Source: Antedon mediterranea (lineage: Eukaryota > Animalia > Echinodermata). From it: DNA of 64,000 nt. Below the pieces are notes generated by a model. The model was not told where the DNA came from and made no database searches. It saw only the letters and a program-made list of their open reading frames with translations. Positions 1 through 13,990 of the stretch are shown here, piece by piece; positions within the stretch are counted from its first letter, which is position 1; the number at the start of each line of letters is the position of its first letter. The stretch spans positions 3,400,201 through 3,464,200 of the forward strand of contig NC_092670.1 in the NCBI RefSeq assembly GCF_964355755.1, read 5' to 3'. A program made the position numbers and the translations under genes.

Positions 1-800
1 GTTGGGCCGCCGACAAGTTGAGCCGCCGGTAATTTCTATGAAACGCCCAGTGCGTCTTTTACGACATTTCGCGTAGTGATAGAGTGGTGTCCTAGTACAT
101 AAGTTCATGGTCTTTAGGTTTATTGTGTCATGAAAATAAATAATAATTACATACTACAATTTTGTTGTAGTTGTACACAGCAAAGGAAAGTAGTCATATT
201 TAATAATTTAATTGTTTTTAATCTTTCAAGGTAAAAATGCACTCCATAATATTTTTCTCGTGTGTATGCCTACCACGTAAAATCACGTTGTTTCTCATGA
301 CTAATAGAGTATTGATATTCTTCGAATGAGGTTAAATAGTTATTATTTTTTATTTACTATCTTTTAATATCATATTTTATTGAATTTTACAATGTTAATA
401 CACAAAATATTTTACTAAAAAACGGTGATTTTATGCAATTATTTTACCGAAAAATGGAGTTGGCCTTGTTCATACAACTGCCGCCGTCTGAGGGGGCAAC
501 ATGTTTACGTCATTTTTGGCTAAAAACGATCATTTTCGGTCATGTTTTAGGCCTTATATTTTGGAATCTACCAAGTCAGATATTCATAATTATTTCTCTT
601 TAATTATAATATTTAATAATATATACTAAAAACCGTGATATATAAACTTTGGAATATACATCGTTATATCTAATAAGTAATATAAATAGAACTTCTATTA
701 AATAGAAACGAGCACCGGCGAAAGTAAGCATTTGGCGTTTCATAGAAAATAACGTTTTTCTGGCGGCGGCTCAACTTGTCGGCGGCTCAACTTGGCCTAA
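1..800. mobile_element. Non-autonomous TIR element, left end cut by the window
   Basis: Bases 1-50 (gttgggccgccgacaagttgagccgcc...ctatgaaacgcc) are inverted at ~733-791. Confidence 0.65.
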
Positions 801-1422
801 TCCATGCTTCCTTCCTGCAGGGGGCTATCGCCAGTAATGAATACTTGATAATACTATAGGCCTAGTCTAATGTAGACCTACAGATATGAGATATTTTTAG
901 GAATATGATTGTGAATGATGGATGACTTTTATACATAACAAGAATTATGAGCGTTACAGCAACAACATTGGTTAGACGACGCCATGATTCACGTGTATAA
1001 ACATAGGAAATGTGCCGCCCTCAACGGTTTGTTATGATTTTATACCCACTCGGATTTTAGACGCCGGTTCGCCATTTCTCTCTATTGGTGGTATGTCACA
1101 CTCAAATCAGTCCTTTGTCCAGGCCTGTCATTATAATTGGTTCAGAAAAAAAATGATCATAATGTATATCTTAATCAAAAAAGGACCAAATACAGTAGGC
1201 ATTATAGAAAAATACAGGATTATATTGTTATTTTAGTACTATAAATTCAGTCTTTTTTATCCTCTTAATTTTAGCTGTAATAATAGTTTTGTGTAAATTT
1301 TGTTTTTGAGGTTACAATCATCTCCGTAAGGATGAAACGACAATTAAATTGTATTATTGTAAACAACTCTAAAGTAGGTATACATTATTAATGTATACAG
1401 TATTACAATTAGGTTATGTATT

Positions 1423-3810
1423 TCATTCTGGAACTAGGCAGCCTTCATCCAGCTTCGCCTTCTTTGTAGTACCACCAGCATGGTCTGTTGCACTCAGTTG
1501 GACAAACAAACTGTTTCTGAAAATTGTATGATGGTGTGGCAAACCATTTGCAATGTAGGCCTACCATAATTTGTTATTGTGACATCCACAAATTTTACAT
1601 GGACCACCTTTCCGCAAAGGGTGTGTTGCAATACAATTACTTATTTTAGGCATTACTTACCTTTTTAATTTAGCATTTTCAGTTGGTAATTTTGAATACA
1701 GATCTTCTTGCCACTCACTGGAAGGAATAGAATATTTATAGAGATAATACTAAAAGAATAGAATAACAGAATAATTGGGTGTGTCGAAAGCGAAGACCTC
1801 GAAAGCGAAGAACGAAGACCGAAGACCTCGATTGCGAAGACCCTACGAAATGGTAGTGTGCACAAAATCTGACCAAAATCATACAAAATCGTGATAACAC
1901 CTTGAATTTACAGATTCTAAAAAAAGATTTCGATTTTAATCGTTATGTTATCAAAAAACATGACTTTATCTATGAACAAGCTCACGCGTTTTCGCCAATT
2001 GAGTTAATATGTGATATGGTTTACGAACAAACACATCGCGCTATTTGCAAGGCGACGGACGCACAAGATGGACACGCACACTGTAGAATTGAATTGAATG
2101 CAATATTAATTAATACAGTATTACTACGGTTCCGATAACTTTATGTCACACGTCGCCTACAATTTAAAACCATAGCCAATTGTATAGAAAAGTATAGAAA
2201 TAAACTACAGTAAGTAAATTGTAAGAAGTAAAGGATTGCGATAGGCATATTTAGGCTAATTTTAGAGCCTATATAAAAAGTGTCCTTATCATAGATTTTA
2301 CACTTGTTTTTAAAAATGTTATACGCGTGAGTACAACTTAGAGATCCTTTTTTTTCATTTAAATATGTTGATATATAATATTTATTATCTATAATATTTG
2401 CCTGTTGTCTAAATGTATGATTAAATACAATAAGATATTTATTTTCCTTTAGTCATTCTGTACAGTATTTTAAACTTTTACATTTTCCCCATTGTAGGCC
2501 TATACTACAGTAAACTATTGCTGATTTAATTATTCACCAGTTTAAAAATGTTTTTCTAATGTATTCATAATGGACAAATGATATTATCAGTATCGGTTAG
2601 TGTGGATTAGCCTAAATAGGCCTATCGCAATCCTTTACTTCTTACAATTTACTTACTGTAGTTTATTTCTATACTTTTCTATACAATTGGCTATGGTTTT
2701 AAATTGTAGGCGACGTGTGACATAAAGTTATCGGAACCGTAGTAATAATTAATTAATATTGCATTCAATTCAATGCTACAGTATGTGCGATGTCCTTCTT
2801 GTGCGTCCGTCGCCTTGCAAATAGCGCGATGTGTCTGTTCGTAAAACCATATCACATATTTTTTTTTAAAAAAGAGTTAAAACTCCATTGGCGAAAACGC
2901 GTAAGCTTGTTCATAGATAAAGTCATGTTTTTTGATAACATAACGATTAAAATCGAAATCTTTTTTTAGAATCTGTAAATTCAAGGTGTTATCACGATTT
3001 TGTATGATCTTGGTTGGATTTTGTGCACACTACCATTTCGTAGGGTCTTCACTTTCGAGGTCTTCGATCTTTGCTTTCGAGGTCTTCGCTTTCAACACAC
3101 CCCAGAATAATTAATATATTAATTATTATTTATTTAGTGGCATGGGAATTATTTAGCCTAGGCAGCCTAGTTTTTACTATAGTATAGGCTAGCCAGGCTA
3201 AGGCCAGTATACTTTACTAGACCTATATGCCTATGCTAGGGTGGATAGGCATACTACTGGATACCTACTAATCTAGGCATAGGTTACCGTATGTCTAGGC
3301 CTACTATAATAAACGTAGCCTAGGTAGAAGGCAGGCCTAGTTTAGGCCACATTTAATAGGGCCTTATAGCTATAGCTAGGCCTACAGTCTGAGTAGCTAG
3401 TCTAGCTAGGCCATTATCCCTTTTATATATTAATATCGTACCTAACTACAGTATACGGCCCTCAGCAGGCTAGGCCTAGCCTAGGCTATACATATAGGCC
3501 TAGTCTAATCATTTATAGCCAGCCATGTGAGATCATCGCAAATTAGGACTTTCTGTCCTAGCCTAAGCCTCGCCTAAATAAAAGGCTAGTAGGCCTCTAG
3601 CCTTTTATTTACCTAGTCTAGGCCCTCTGTCTAGCTACTACTACTAGGCCCTACCTAGGCTAACCGGATGTACGTCCTGCTCACTCTAACAAGGCTAGGC
3701 CTACTACTACTAGGCCTACGGACTAGGCCTTGCCAAGGCTATCTCATGACTTAATCGGAATAAACTATAAACAGTGTTTAACAACGATGAACCACCTTCT
3801 CATAGGTCAT
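1423..3810 (-). CDS. Candidate 3-exon small protein (~65 aa)
   Basis: Exons 3796-3810 (MTYEK, weak donor GTGGTT), 1661-1749 and 1423-1516 splice in frame to MTYEKYYLYKYSIPSSEWQEDLYSKLPTENAKLKRNSLFVQLSATDHAGGTTKKAKLDEGCLVPE*. The last two exons have strong splice sites. Confidence 0.5.
1777..3102. mobile_element. Foldback MITE, ~485-bp TIRs, GGGTGT termini, 10-bp TSD (Mutator-like)
   Basis: TSD cagaataatt at 1767-1776 and 3103-3112; arms at 1777-~2260 and ~2606-3102. Confidence 0.88.
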
Positions 3811-4893
3811 AATCGATATATACTTAATTAAAGCATATTATTAAGTTATAAAAACACATTTTCATTAGTTGGGACGCGCAAATCCGACTATTCAGAAAAA
3901 TGTAAACAAATCAAATGGTAAAACTTACATGACCCTGCAACTTTTCCGAACCAGTGACTTACGGAGAAAATTTTAACTTTATCGTCTGATTTTTCTCCAA
4001 ATGAAATCGATTGGCTAACAAAATATACTTATTAGGAGACTTGTTAACCAAATTAGAAAAATTATAATATTTGAAAATTCAAGATATTAGCCTAGGGGTG
4101 TCACGAAACCTAATAAGACCACGAAAGCTAAGACCCCCTAAGACCTAAGATCACGAAAGCTAAGACCCAAGACCTAAGATTACAAATTCTAAGATATACT
4201 ACAGCTTAAAAACAATACTTGTTTATCCATACATAATTTTAAACACAGTAGGTTTCATTTATTACCATAAATATAATTAAATACTACCGCAAAACATAGA
4301 TAAACTCACATTATTTTCGCCCGTTGAGTAAATGTCTATTTTTTTCTTTACAACAAACAAACTTGACGGGTTGTTTGTTGGTATATATTTACTCCATTGT
4401 GTTGGTTCAGAGGATGTTTTTCTTACGCACCTGCCTTTCTTGTATTTTGACTCCAAATTTGTTGACTAACTTTATCCTGAATACCACACTTTAAAATTAG
4501 GATTTATAGGTACTTTCAGAAGGAGAAACACATAAAAACAAATAAATAAATCCTTTAAATTGATGATTTTACAGACATGTTTCTTTGTATACTGTAACTC
4601 CTCGAGCTCCCCATGCTCAATGTTTTTGTTTCTATGGAGCGCCAAAAGAGCAACAATAATAGTACAAGTATAAAAACAGAAAGAAAACGAAACAAATCAT
4701 GATTTTTAAATTAAAATTTATTTGCCAGTATTTATTTCTTCGTACTTGCATGATTATACTATTATCATTACAATTTTAATTTTACATTGTTCCATCCACA
4801 CTGTAGATGGACTCCACAGAGTTTTCAGCCCTCTAAATAATTTTTGCTCTTTTGACGTTCCATAGAAACAAAAACATTGAACATGGGGTAGGC

Positions 4894-6496
4894 CAAAGAA
4901 TATATATCACAAGAATGAGTAATCCGCGATTTTCCCTGTAACAGTAATATTGTCCATGTGGTAGGGCGCCGCCATAAGTGTGGATGTATCTGGGATGTAT
5001 ACAACTTTTTGTGACGGTTTCAATAATCAAAGGCTAGACCACCGGTAGTATTTTCATGATAAAAAATGTTATCAACTACATGCCAACATCATGTTAAATA
5101 CTATTTGGATATTTAATTGTTCGTTTTTTATGCAATTTATTTAGTAAAAACTGCCGTATAAACAGTTTGCTTTATCAACCGGGCGCTACGATAGCGTGAC
5201 CGGGCGTGTTGGTGTTTACGCGTTTTCACGAAGGATTGTTTAATAATATTCCTATATTTAACTTGTTTCTGGTAAAACAAATAAATGTTAATAACATTTA
5301 ACATTTTGTCCTATTAATAACATGTATTTTATACTAATTTATATCATAAAAACAATACCTAATTTTCGTAGAGTAGTACACGGCAATGGTAAAGAATAGA
5401 CCGTGCTGAGTAACGATTCATTGATTTTTGGTGTTGCTGTGTATGTTAGGCCTTTTTTGTGAACTAACTTAGCATGTTAGTAAATAATTGTCTGTAAAAG
5501 TGAATGTACACTATAGTTTGTTAGTAAATATGTATTATAAAATAGTTTACAATTGCAAAAATTATTATCATAATTCTATTTAATGTGACATGTATTATAT
5601 CTATTAAATCAAGTCTTATTTAGTATGTATACATCCGCCCTTATGAGGGCAGGCATCACTCACTGGAGCCAGAGCCATATATATAAAGAGTTACGACATT
5701 GAAGATTAGAAGCCATGTTTGTGTTTCCTGTAGTTCTTGCTTTGTTTTTAGATTTTTTTGTCTATGAAATAACGCTTATATTCCGTTTTTATTTTAGTAA
5801 TTAATTTTATTAATGGTATTAATTTTGTAACATATATATATTGTGTCTATAATAACAACAGAATAAATACTAGGGCCTACATGCAAGTCAGGATACATCA
5901 AAGCATGAACCAATACAAATTCACCCCTCTTTTTATACAGTATATGCTCTCTGTGTGTTTTAACACAAACTTTCAGAGACTCGTTCATCATTTCATTTGT
6001 AATAATTTGCCTTTATTATTTTAATATTGTTCATACCTATTCAATATATTAACAAATATATCCACGACACTTTATTATTTTATTTAGTCATCAAAGCATG
6101 CATTATGAATTGAAAATATTACATAATTGTTATTAATGGGACGTAGTTATGGGATGTTTCATTCCAAAATCAATCAATCAAACTTTATAATGTACTAGCG
6201 TACGCGTGCGCAATATTCTTTGGCGCAAGTGGTTCTGTACGCTGTGCACGTCGATATTCCACCGTAAAATGTGCAATTACATTTTTTTTAATATAAGAAA
6301 AAGTTTTAAGTAATTTCTTGCTCCTATACTTTACATGCATTAACGGAGACAAGTTTGACACAAATTGATCTGCATATCACGCGACTTAAATCCAATGTCG
6401 TAACTCTTTATATATATGGCTCTGACTGGAGCTCTCTGTTACTAATTTCTCATGCAAAAATCGCGGAATACTCATTCTTGTGATATATATTCTTTG
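4894..6496. mobile_element. Nested TIR element (CAAAGAATATATATCACAAGAATGAGT termini; P-like)
   Basis: 27-bp perfect TIR; absent from the homologous site at ~57940. Confidence 0.8.
5670..6424. mobile_element. Doubly nested TIR element, 8-bp TSD (P or hAT superfamily)
   Basis: TIR CAGAGCCATATATATAAAGAGTTACGACATTG; TSD actggagc at 5662-5669 and 6425-6432. Confidence 0.85.
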
Positions 6497-9312
6497 GGTA
6501 TAGGCCTACTGCTACTGTACTGTAGGCTAGTCATGCGAAATTCGCAAACAATTTGTGTGCGAGAAAAACGTCTGTAAAAATCATGTATTTGTTACTTTTT
6601 ATGTGATTCTTTTTCATAAAAGTGCAAATTCTAAGGTGTGGTATTCAGAATAAATGTTGGGAGTTAAAATACAAGGCAGGTGTGAAAGATAAATATTTGT
6701 AATCTTAGGTCTTGGGTCTTAGCTTTCGTGATCTTAGGTCTTAGGGGGTCTTAGCTTTCGTGGTCTTAGGTTTCGTGACACCCATTATTCTAATTATAAC
6801 TTCTGTTTTTTTCAAGTTTTTTTCGCGTGAAGCTTCGTCAAGTTTTGTAACGTATGAGGGCGCTACACAACTCAATCAAACAAATAGATGAAAAACGTTC
6901 GATTAACAGAATTATCGCGAAGTGGCTTTCCCACTGAAAGTTAATCACTTCCGTAGAAAAAGAAACGGAAAAAAATGTTTTCACTTATAAAATGACAAAA
7001 GAAAAGAAAAAAAAACAAAAACCAATTGGCTGGCAGCCAATTTGACCATTTTTTTTTGCTTTAAATTACAGTTTTTTCAAGTAAATATATTTTTTTTCGA
7101 TCCAATTTTTGGTCAAAGTGGATAACTATTATGTTACATTAAAATGGCATATTCAACAAAAATTTTGTTAAGAATTATTTTTGCAGGGGGACAAATACAT
7201 CTTTCATAGGTCAATGGTTCAGGATATTAAATTCCATACAAATTATAATGTCCATGTGTGTTTCTCTATATGCACACCAATGTTTATTCCTATTTATTAT
7301 GTTATTCATTGGGTACAAAAGATTTAGCTAATTGATGTTGTCGCACTTTGTAGCACATTTTATGATTTTATAAACAAAATATTAAATGCTTTAATTGTTT
7401 ATGTTTGTTTTTGTTTCATTTTCAGAGAGACTAGGGATAATGATGCAAATAAAATAAAAAACTATGAAAATTCAACTTTTTTAAAAAGGGCCTAAATATT
7501 TTCGAAAATGATCAATTTTTGCCATGTGAACAAAATGTCAACAAAATTACACCCTCTGTTGGTGAATGCATGAATTACGAAAGTTTTCAAAATAATAATT
7601 GCATATAATTAGGTTTTTCAGTATTTTATTTTATATATATTATCATATAAAACAAACTTGTTGGTATTTACCTACTTCCCTCATCATGGACATCTTTAAA
7701 CACTGTGTACGATTGTTTGTAATAACAACCACTAATAACTCATTCAATTAAGTATTTAAATATATCATGTGATTTGAATAAAAATGAAAATAGACTTCCT
7801 TTTGTAGGCCTACATTTTTATCAAATAGTGGAACTAGTTACATCACGTCATCCAAAAGAGTGTAACATAAAATAACTACTAAAAATCATTTTAACATTTT
7901 AGTAACTAACCTTAATTTCTTTGTGGTATTACAGAGAAAATGAGTACCTGTTTCCTCCTAATGGACGGGTCAGTCATATACATTAAGGTGATATAAGCTG
8001 TGGCTGCAGACAATGCATATTGATTTTATTCAATTTTATGATGCCTAAAATCACTCAGCCATGACCTTAGTTATAATAACAATGCAACTGCTGTTTATAC
8101 AATCTGTATTGAACCCTGCAAATATGAAATGCCAGAGAAGTATAAATTTATAATAAATTCACTGCTGAATTAAAAACTAAATTTAATCGAAAGACAGCAG
8201 CAGTTTTGTGTTTAAATGTTTCCTTAGTTTATACTATATTATCAGCCTATCATGTCTAAATTAGAAAGAACAAGTTATGGCATCCCTGAATGACGTTCTT
8301 TACAATGCAAACTTTGATAACTGTACAAATAACGGAGTCAATGGTTACAAGCATTTGATATTAATTGTATTGTTAATAATAGAACAATCCAAGCGATGTT
8401 ACTGTATATCATGGACCTATGGTTATATGAACAAAATAAGTAATGAATAAGTATGAAACGCCAAAGAATTAAACAGAATTGATTACAAGCACACTGTTAA
8501 ACCATGGACCAAAATTATAGGTCCATGGTTTAACTGTGTACTAAAAATCAAGTATGTTTGTTAGGAGGAGTACCGTAATAAAAACATGGTTCTCTAAAAG
8601 CTTGCTATCATTTGTTCATTTATGATTTAGTTCTTGATAAACCTTGGTATGATCAGTATGCCTTATTAATCAGGCCGCTCTCATTTAATAAAGTTAAATC
8701 ATTTTTTCTACGAATCCATACACAATTTTCCCAAACTAGCTGGATTATTAAAAGCTGAATGATATTATTAGTTTTTTTTAGTAGAAGTTTGGGCTATAAT
8801 AAAAAAATTAAATTGTGACACTCAGAATTGTTGTTTTGAAAATAGCACTAATTGTTTTTTTATTTATTCTTCCTCACATCTCAGATCAATGCAATAAAAA
8901 TGTACTGATTTTGTTTTTTAATTTTTAAGTGGTACTTAATTAGGTTTGAATAATCAATCAGAGATTTTTTTTTCAACAATGTCCATGTTTTCAATGTGTG
9001 CATTTTTTGGTGTTGAAGTGTTTTTTTAAAACTCTATACAGCTTATTTGTGTAAAATGTAAGACAATTGTGCCTTAATTGTTTGTTACGTCAATGACTAT
9101 AGTTTTCCTAATTATTAGTACTAGAAATAGCACCAATCAAAATTCCTTGCACATGCAAATTTCTTGTACCATGGAGGAAATATATATTTCTTCCATGCTT
9201 GTACCATGGACCTATAAATTATAGGTCCATGCTTGTACTCAGCTTTTTCCTTTTGTTGTACCATTATTTGTGTAATACTGTTTGATTACAGTATACTGTT
9301 TAGAATTGGTAT

Positions 9313-12300
9313 TAGTCCGGTGGCAGGAGGGGGGACATCACCACCCGAAAGGGGACAAATTGCCATCCAACCTTTCTAGACCAGAATTTTCCGTAGATTA
9401 CGAATATGGAAGGTAATCGATCAGGATAGGAAGCGTTTTTGAGATATAAGGGGTCAAAGTTCAAAATTGACCAATATAAAAACATGCTATATCTCTGGAA
9501 ATTCTGGACGTAGTGAGATAATTTTGGTGTCAAATTGTTCACAATGTATATGTTTATATTAGCTCTAACAGAACTTTCTTTGAAAAATTTACCGGAAACC
9601 CCATTGTTAGCAATTTTGACCTTTGACCTCTTTTTGCTATATCTAAGTAACGGCAGGTCGGAGAGAATTAAAAATAGGAGCAAATTGTTCCCAAGATATA
9701 CATTTATATTCAGTATAACAGATGATATTGCTTGAAAATGACCGGAAGTGTGGTTATTAACCTTTGACATAATTGAATAAGGTTATAAAAACATAAATTA
9801 ATAAATATTTGTCGTAAGAAGCCAATTTTGGTGTCAAATTGTTCACAATATATATGTTTATACTTGCCATAATGCAACATTTTTTTTCAAAAAGTGACTG
9901 AAACACCTATTTTTTTGTAATTTTAACATTTGACCTGTTTTTCTCATCTAAATAACGACATGGCATAGAGATTTCTAACGGCAAATTGTTTATAATAGAT
10001 ATTTTTATTCAATCTAATAGATTATACTGTTTGAAAAATACAAGTGTGATTATTGCCTTGAAATCCTGTACATAAGAGCCTATCAGGGCGGATTTAATTC
10101 AAAGAGGTGTGGAAGGGGAATAATACTATTACTATACAGTACAATGTCTTTCTTTTGAGCAATTTCAATCAGGTATCCATGTAGGCTATATCCAATAAAC
10201 GGAATGTACGGCTCAGAGAGAATTCAGAAGTTACACTTGGTTCATTTTTGCAAATCCATATGGGTTCCTTTTAAAAGGATTGAGGGTGCACAGACAGGCT
10301 TTTCCCATGGCTTAATATTAGAACCTACAGTTTTAGTTACCCGATATATTTCTAACACAGTAACTTATGTAGCCAAATGCATTGATCCAACACAGGAGCC
10401 AAATGTAGAACTGAACATACAGTAGTAGAGAACCACAGAAGGGTCTAAATAGATGACCTGCTGTTGTTTCATTTTATGCAAAATCCAAATCGGTTCCTTA
10501 AGGATCGAGAGTGCACAGGCAGCTTTATTCCATGTGCCTGTCTATATAAACCCACATTGTCACCCCTTATATTTCCATTATGAGGCTTAATGTCCATGGA
10601 TGACCGGCCCTTGGGTTAATTTGGGCAAATCCATAAGTGTTCCTTAAGGATCGAGAGTGCAAGGCAGCTTTATTCCATGGGCCCCGCCTGTCTATTATGA
10701 ACCCACAGTGTCACCCCTTATATGTCCATTATGGGGCTTAATGTCCATCCATGGAGGACCGGCCTTTGGGGGTTAATTTGGGTAAATCCATAAGTGTTCC
10801 TTAAGGATCGAGAGTGCACAGGCAGCTTTATTCCATGTGCCTGTCTATATAAACCCACAGTGTCACCCATTATATTTCTATTATGGGGCTTAATGTCCAT
10901 GGAGGACCACCGGCCCTTGGGTTAATTTGGGCAAATCCATAAGTGTTCCTTAAGGATCGAGAGTGCACAGGCAGCTTTATTCCATGGTTCTGCCTGTCTA
11001 TATAAACCCACAGTGTCACCCATTATATTTCCATTATGGGGCTTAATGTCCATGGAGGACCGGCCCTTTGGTTAATTTGGGCAAATCCATAAATTTTTCT
11101 TAAGGATCGAGAGTGCGCAGGCAGCTTAATTCATGGGCCGCGCCTGTCTATATGAACTCACAGTGTCACCCCTTATATTTCCATTATGGGCTTAATGTCC
11201 ATCCATGGAGAACGACCGGCCCTTGGGTTCATTTGGGCAAATCCATAAATGTTATTTAAAGATTGAGGGTGCACATTTAGTTTTATTCCATAGTTCATCT
11301 ATGAACTATTTACCCCATACTAATTTCTAATACAGGGCCTTATGTAGCACACCACATAGAGATCCCAAAAGGGTCCTTAGAGGTTCATTCGGGCAAATCC
11401 ATATAGGTTATTTAGAATCCTTTGTATACAGGAAACTCTTTCCTGTATGGGCCAAACTATATAAAAATTGTGGTCTGTCTGTGTAGTGAGTTGTGGATTG
11501 AGTTTGGCCACCTGGATCTGCCTATGCCTTATCCTGTACGAATTGGTATTCTCTGGTTCTGATGAATAGTAGTTTATTTTCCAAAAACGAATATTGTAGC
11601 CCTAATAAATGCAACTGTATAGTGACAAATCATTGAAGGTCAGCGCAAAATTTTAACATCATAACATTTTAATCGTCATAATATTAATTTTATTATTTAT
11701 TTTACAGTATTATATTAATATATTTAAAATAATGCGCACTAGAAAAAATATAAAAATACCATAACTTCTCTGATCAAATAACGTGATTACATTTATTAAC
11801 ATCGATCTCATAGTTTGAATAACTTTGCATTATTTAGTAGGCCTATAGGCCTATCATTTATTCACATGTTGACCTTTGACCAATGTCAACTTGTGTAATG
11901 ATAAATGTGCTCTTTTGATTGTGTATGATTGATAGATGTCTTAACAGAATGATAAAACATAACATTTTGTCTTAAATGTTAGTTTTTATTTGGTTTTAAA
12001 TGCAAATTGTGTGATTGGTCAATATTGACATTTGACCTTTAATTGCAAAGTATTTGTTTTATAAGGCGACTGAATAACACCATACAATACCTATAACCAT
12101 ACAAATGTATTAAAAGACCAAATTGAACTTTAATAAATTGGTTATAATACATATGTATATAATACATTGTTATAATTGGTCAATTTTAAACTTTGACCCT
12201 TATCTCTTCCTATTCGCTTCCTATCCTGATCGAAGTCTGATTTGATTAAATACAGTATTATAATGAAATAACATAACTTTACTAATCAAATAATTTGATT

Positions 12301-12848
12301 ACTTGTAAAACCATCAATATCATAGTTTGGACAACGTTGCATTTATTTGTTAACTAATACGCGTATTAAAATGTTGACCTTTGACCTTATGTCAACTGAT
12401 GAAATTGACCTTATGTCAACTGATGAAATGATGTATTCGCTCTTTTACATTGCGTATGATTGATTAATAGGATGAGAAAACATCCAATTTTTATTAAATA
12501 TTTGTTTTTATTTGGTTTTATAGGTACGTTCTATGATTGGTCAATATTGACATTTGACCCTTAATCACAAAGGATTTTTTTTTCATAAGGTGATTGAATA
12601 GACACTTATAATCATAAAAATGTAATAAAAGACCAAATTGTGCTTCAATAAATTTGTTTTAATACATATACATAATACATTGTTGTAATTGGTTAATTTT
12701 GAACTTTGACCCCTTATATCTCGAAAACGCTTCCTATCCTGATCGATTACCTTCCATTTTCGTAATCTACGGAAAATTCTAGTCTAGAAAAGTTGGATGG
12801 CAATTTGTCCCCTTTCGGGTGGTGATTCCCCCTCCTGCCACCGGACTA
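9313..12848. mobile_element. Non-autonomous DNA transposon, ~170-bp TIRs, TAG...CTA termini (Academ-like)
   Basis: tagtccggtggcaggagggg... is inverted at the right end; 3-bp tat flanks both sides; no transposase ORF. Confidence 0.75.
10470..11410. repeat. ~152-bp tandem repeat (~6 copies) inside the Academ-like element
   Basis: ggg(c/t)aaatccataa recurs at ~10623, 10780, 10929, 11079 and 11235. Confidence 0.85.
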
Positions 12849-13269
12849 TATTGTGGTACAGGAGACATGCATAGTTGGTGATATTGTGTTCTTTCAACTA
12901 TTTAACAAAAGTGTGTAAAATCGTTCGATGCTTGAAATCCATTATGGTTATAATGGGTTTTCCTTTCTTCCTTTCAACTCAACAAATAAATTGTATGAAT
13001 TAAACGCCACAGAATTATGAAAGCAAATAACTTGTATGAAACGACACAGAACTGTATTGTAGAACTATCCTAAAAATATTGTTTTTTTGTGGAGTCAAAA
13101 CCCAGTTTTATATCAGAGAGATCTGTTTTTTAATAAAGTTATATTTGTATAATTATTTTGAATAGAAACCTTTTATTTTCAGTAAATTTATTCTCTATTT
13201 TATCATTGATAAAAAAAAAAACAATTGAGTTTTGGTACTATAGTATTGAAAGTACAATGTAATAGATAA

Positions 13270-13990
13270 CCCATTTGTATGAGAGATGCAGAGTGAGATT
13301 AGAGATAGACATGATATCCCATTTGTATGTGAGATGCAGAGTGAGATTAGAGATAGACATGATATCCCATTTGTATGTGAGATGCAGAGTGAGATTAGAG
13401 ATAGACATGATATCCCATTTGTATGTGAGATGCAGAGTGAGATTATAGATTGACATAATATCCCATTTGTATGTGAGATGCAGAGTGAGATTAGAGATAG
13501 ACATGATATCCCATTTGTATGAGAGATGCAGAGTGAGATTAGAGATTGACATGATATCCCATTTGTATGTGAGATGCAGAGTGAGATTAGAGATAAACAT
13601 GATATCCCATTTGTATGTGAGATGCAGAGTGAGATTAGAGATAGACATGATATCCCATTTGTATGAGAGATGCAGAGTGAGATTAGAGATTGACATGATA
13701 TCCCATTTGTATGTGAGATGCAGAGTGAGATTAGAGATAGACATGATATCCCATTTGTATGTGAGATGCAGAGTGAGATTAGAGATAGACATGATATCCC
13801 ATTTTTGTATGAGAGATGCAGAGTGAGATTAGAGATTGACATGATATCCCATTTGTATGTGAGATGCAGAGTGAGATTAGAGATAGACATGATATCCCAT
13901 TTGTATGTGAGATGCAGAGTGAGATTAGAGATAGACATGATAACCCATTTGTATGTGAGATGCAGAGTGACATTATAGATTGACATGGTA
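13270..13990. repeat. 48-bp minisatellite, ~15 copies
   Basis: Unit cccatttgtatgtgagatgcagagtgagattagagatagacatgatat. Confidence 0.95.

Larger units (their letters stand above)
4096..6783. mobile_element. GGGTGTCACG-terminated non-autonomous TIR element (copy 1) with nested insertions
   Basis: TIRs carry aagacc subterminal repeats; near-identical to 57132-60264 outside the insertions; TSD is degenerate. Confidence 0.85.

Noticed and set aside
9312-9770. 152-aa ORF as a transposase
   Set aside because: It lies in the TIR and subterminal region and has no recognisable motif.
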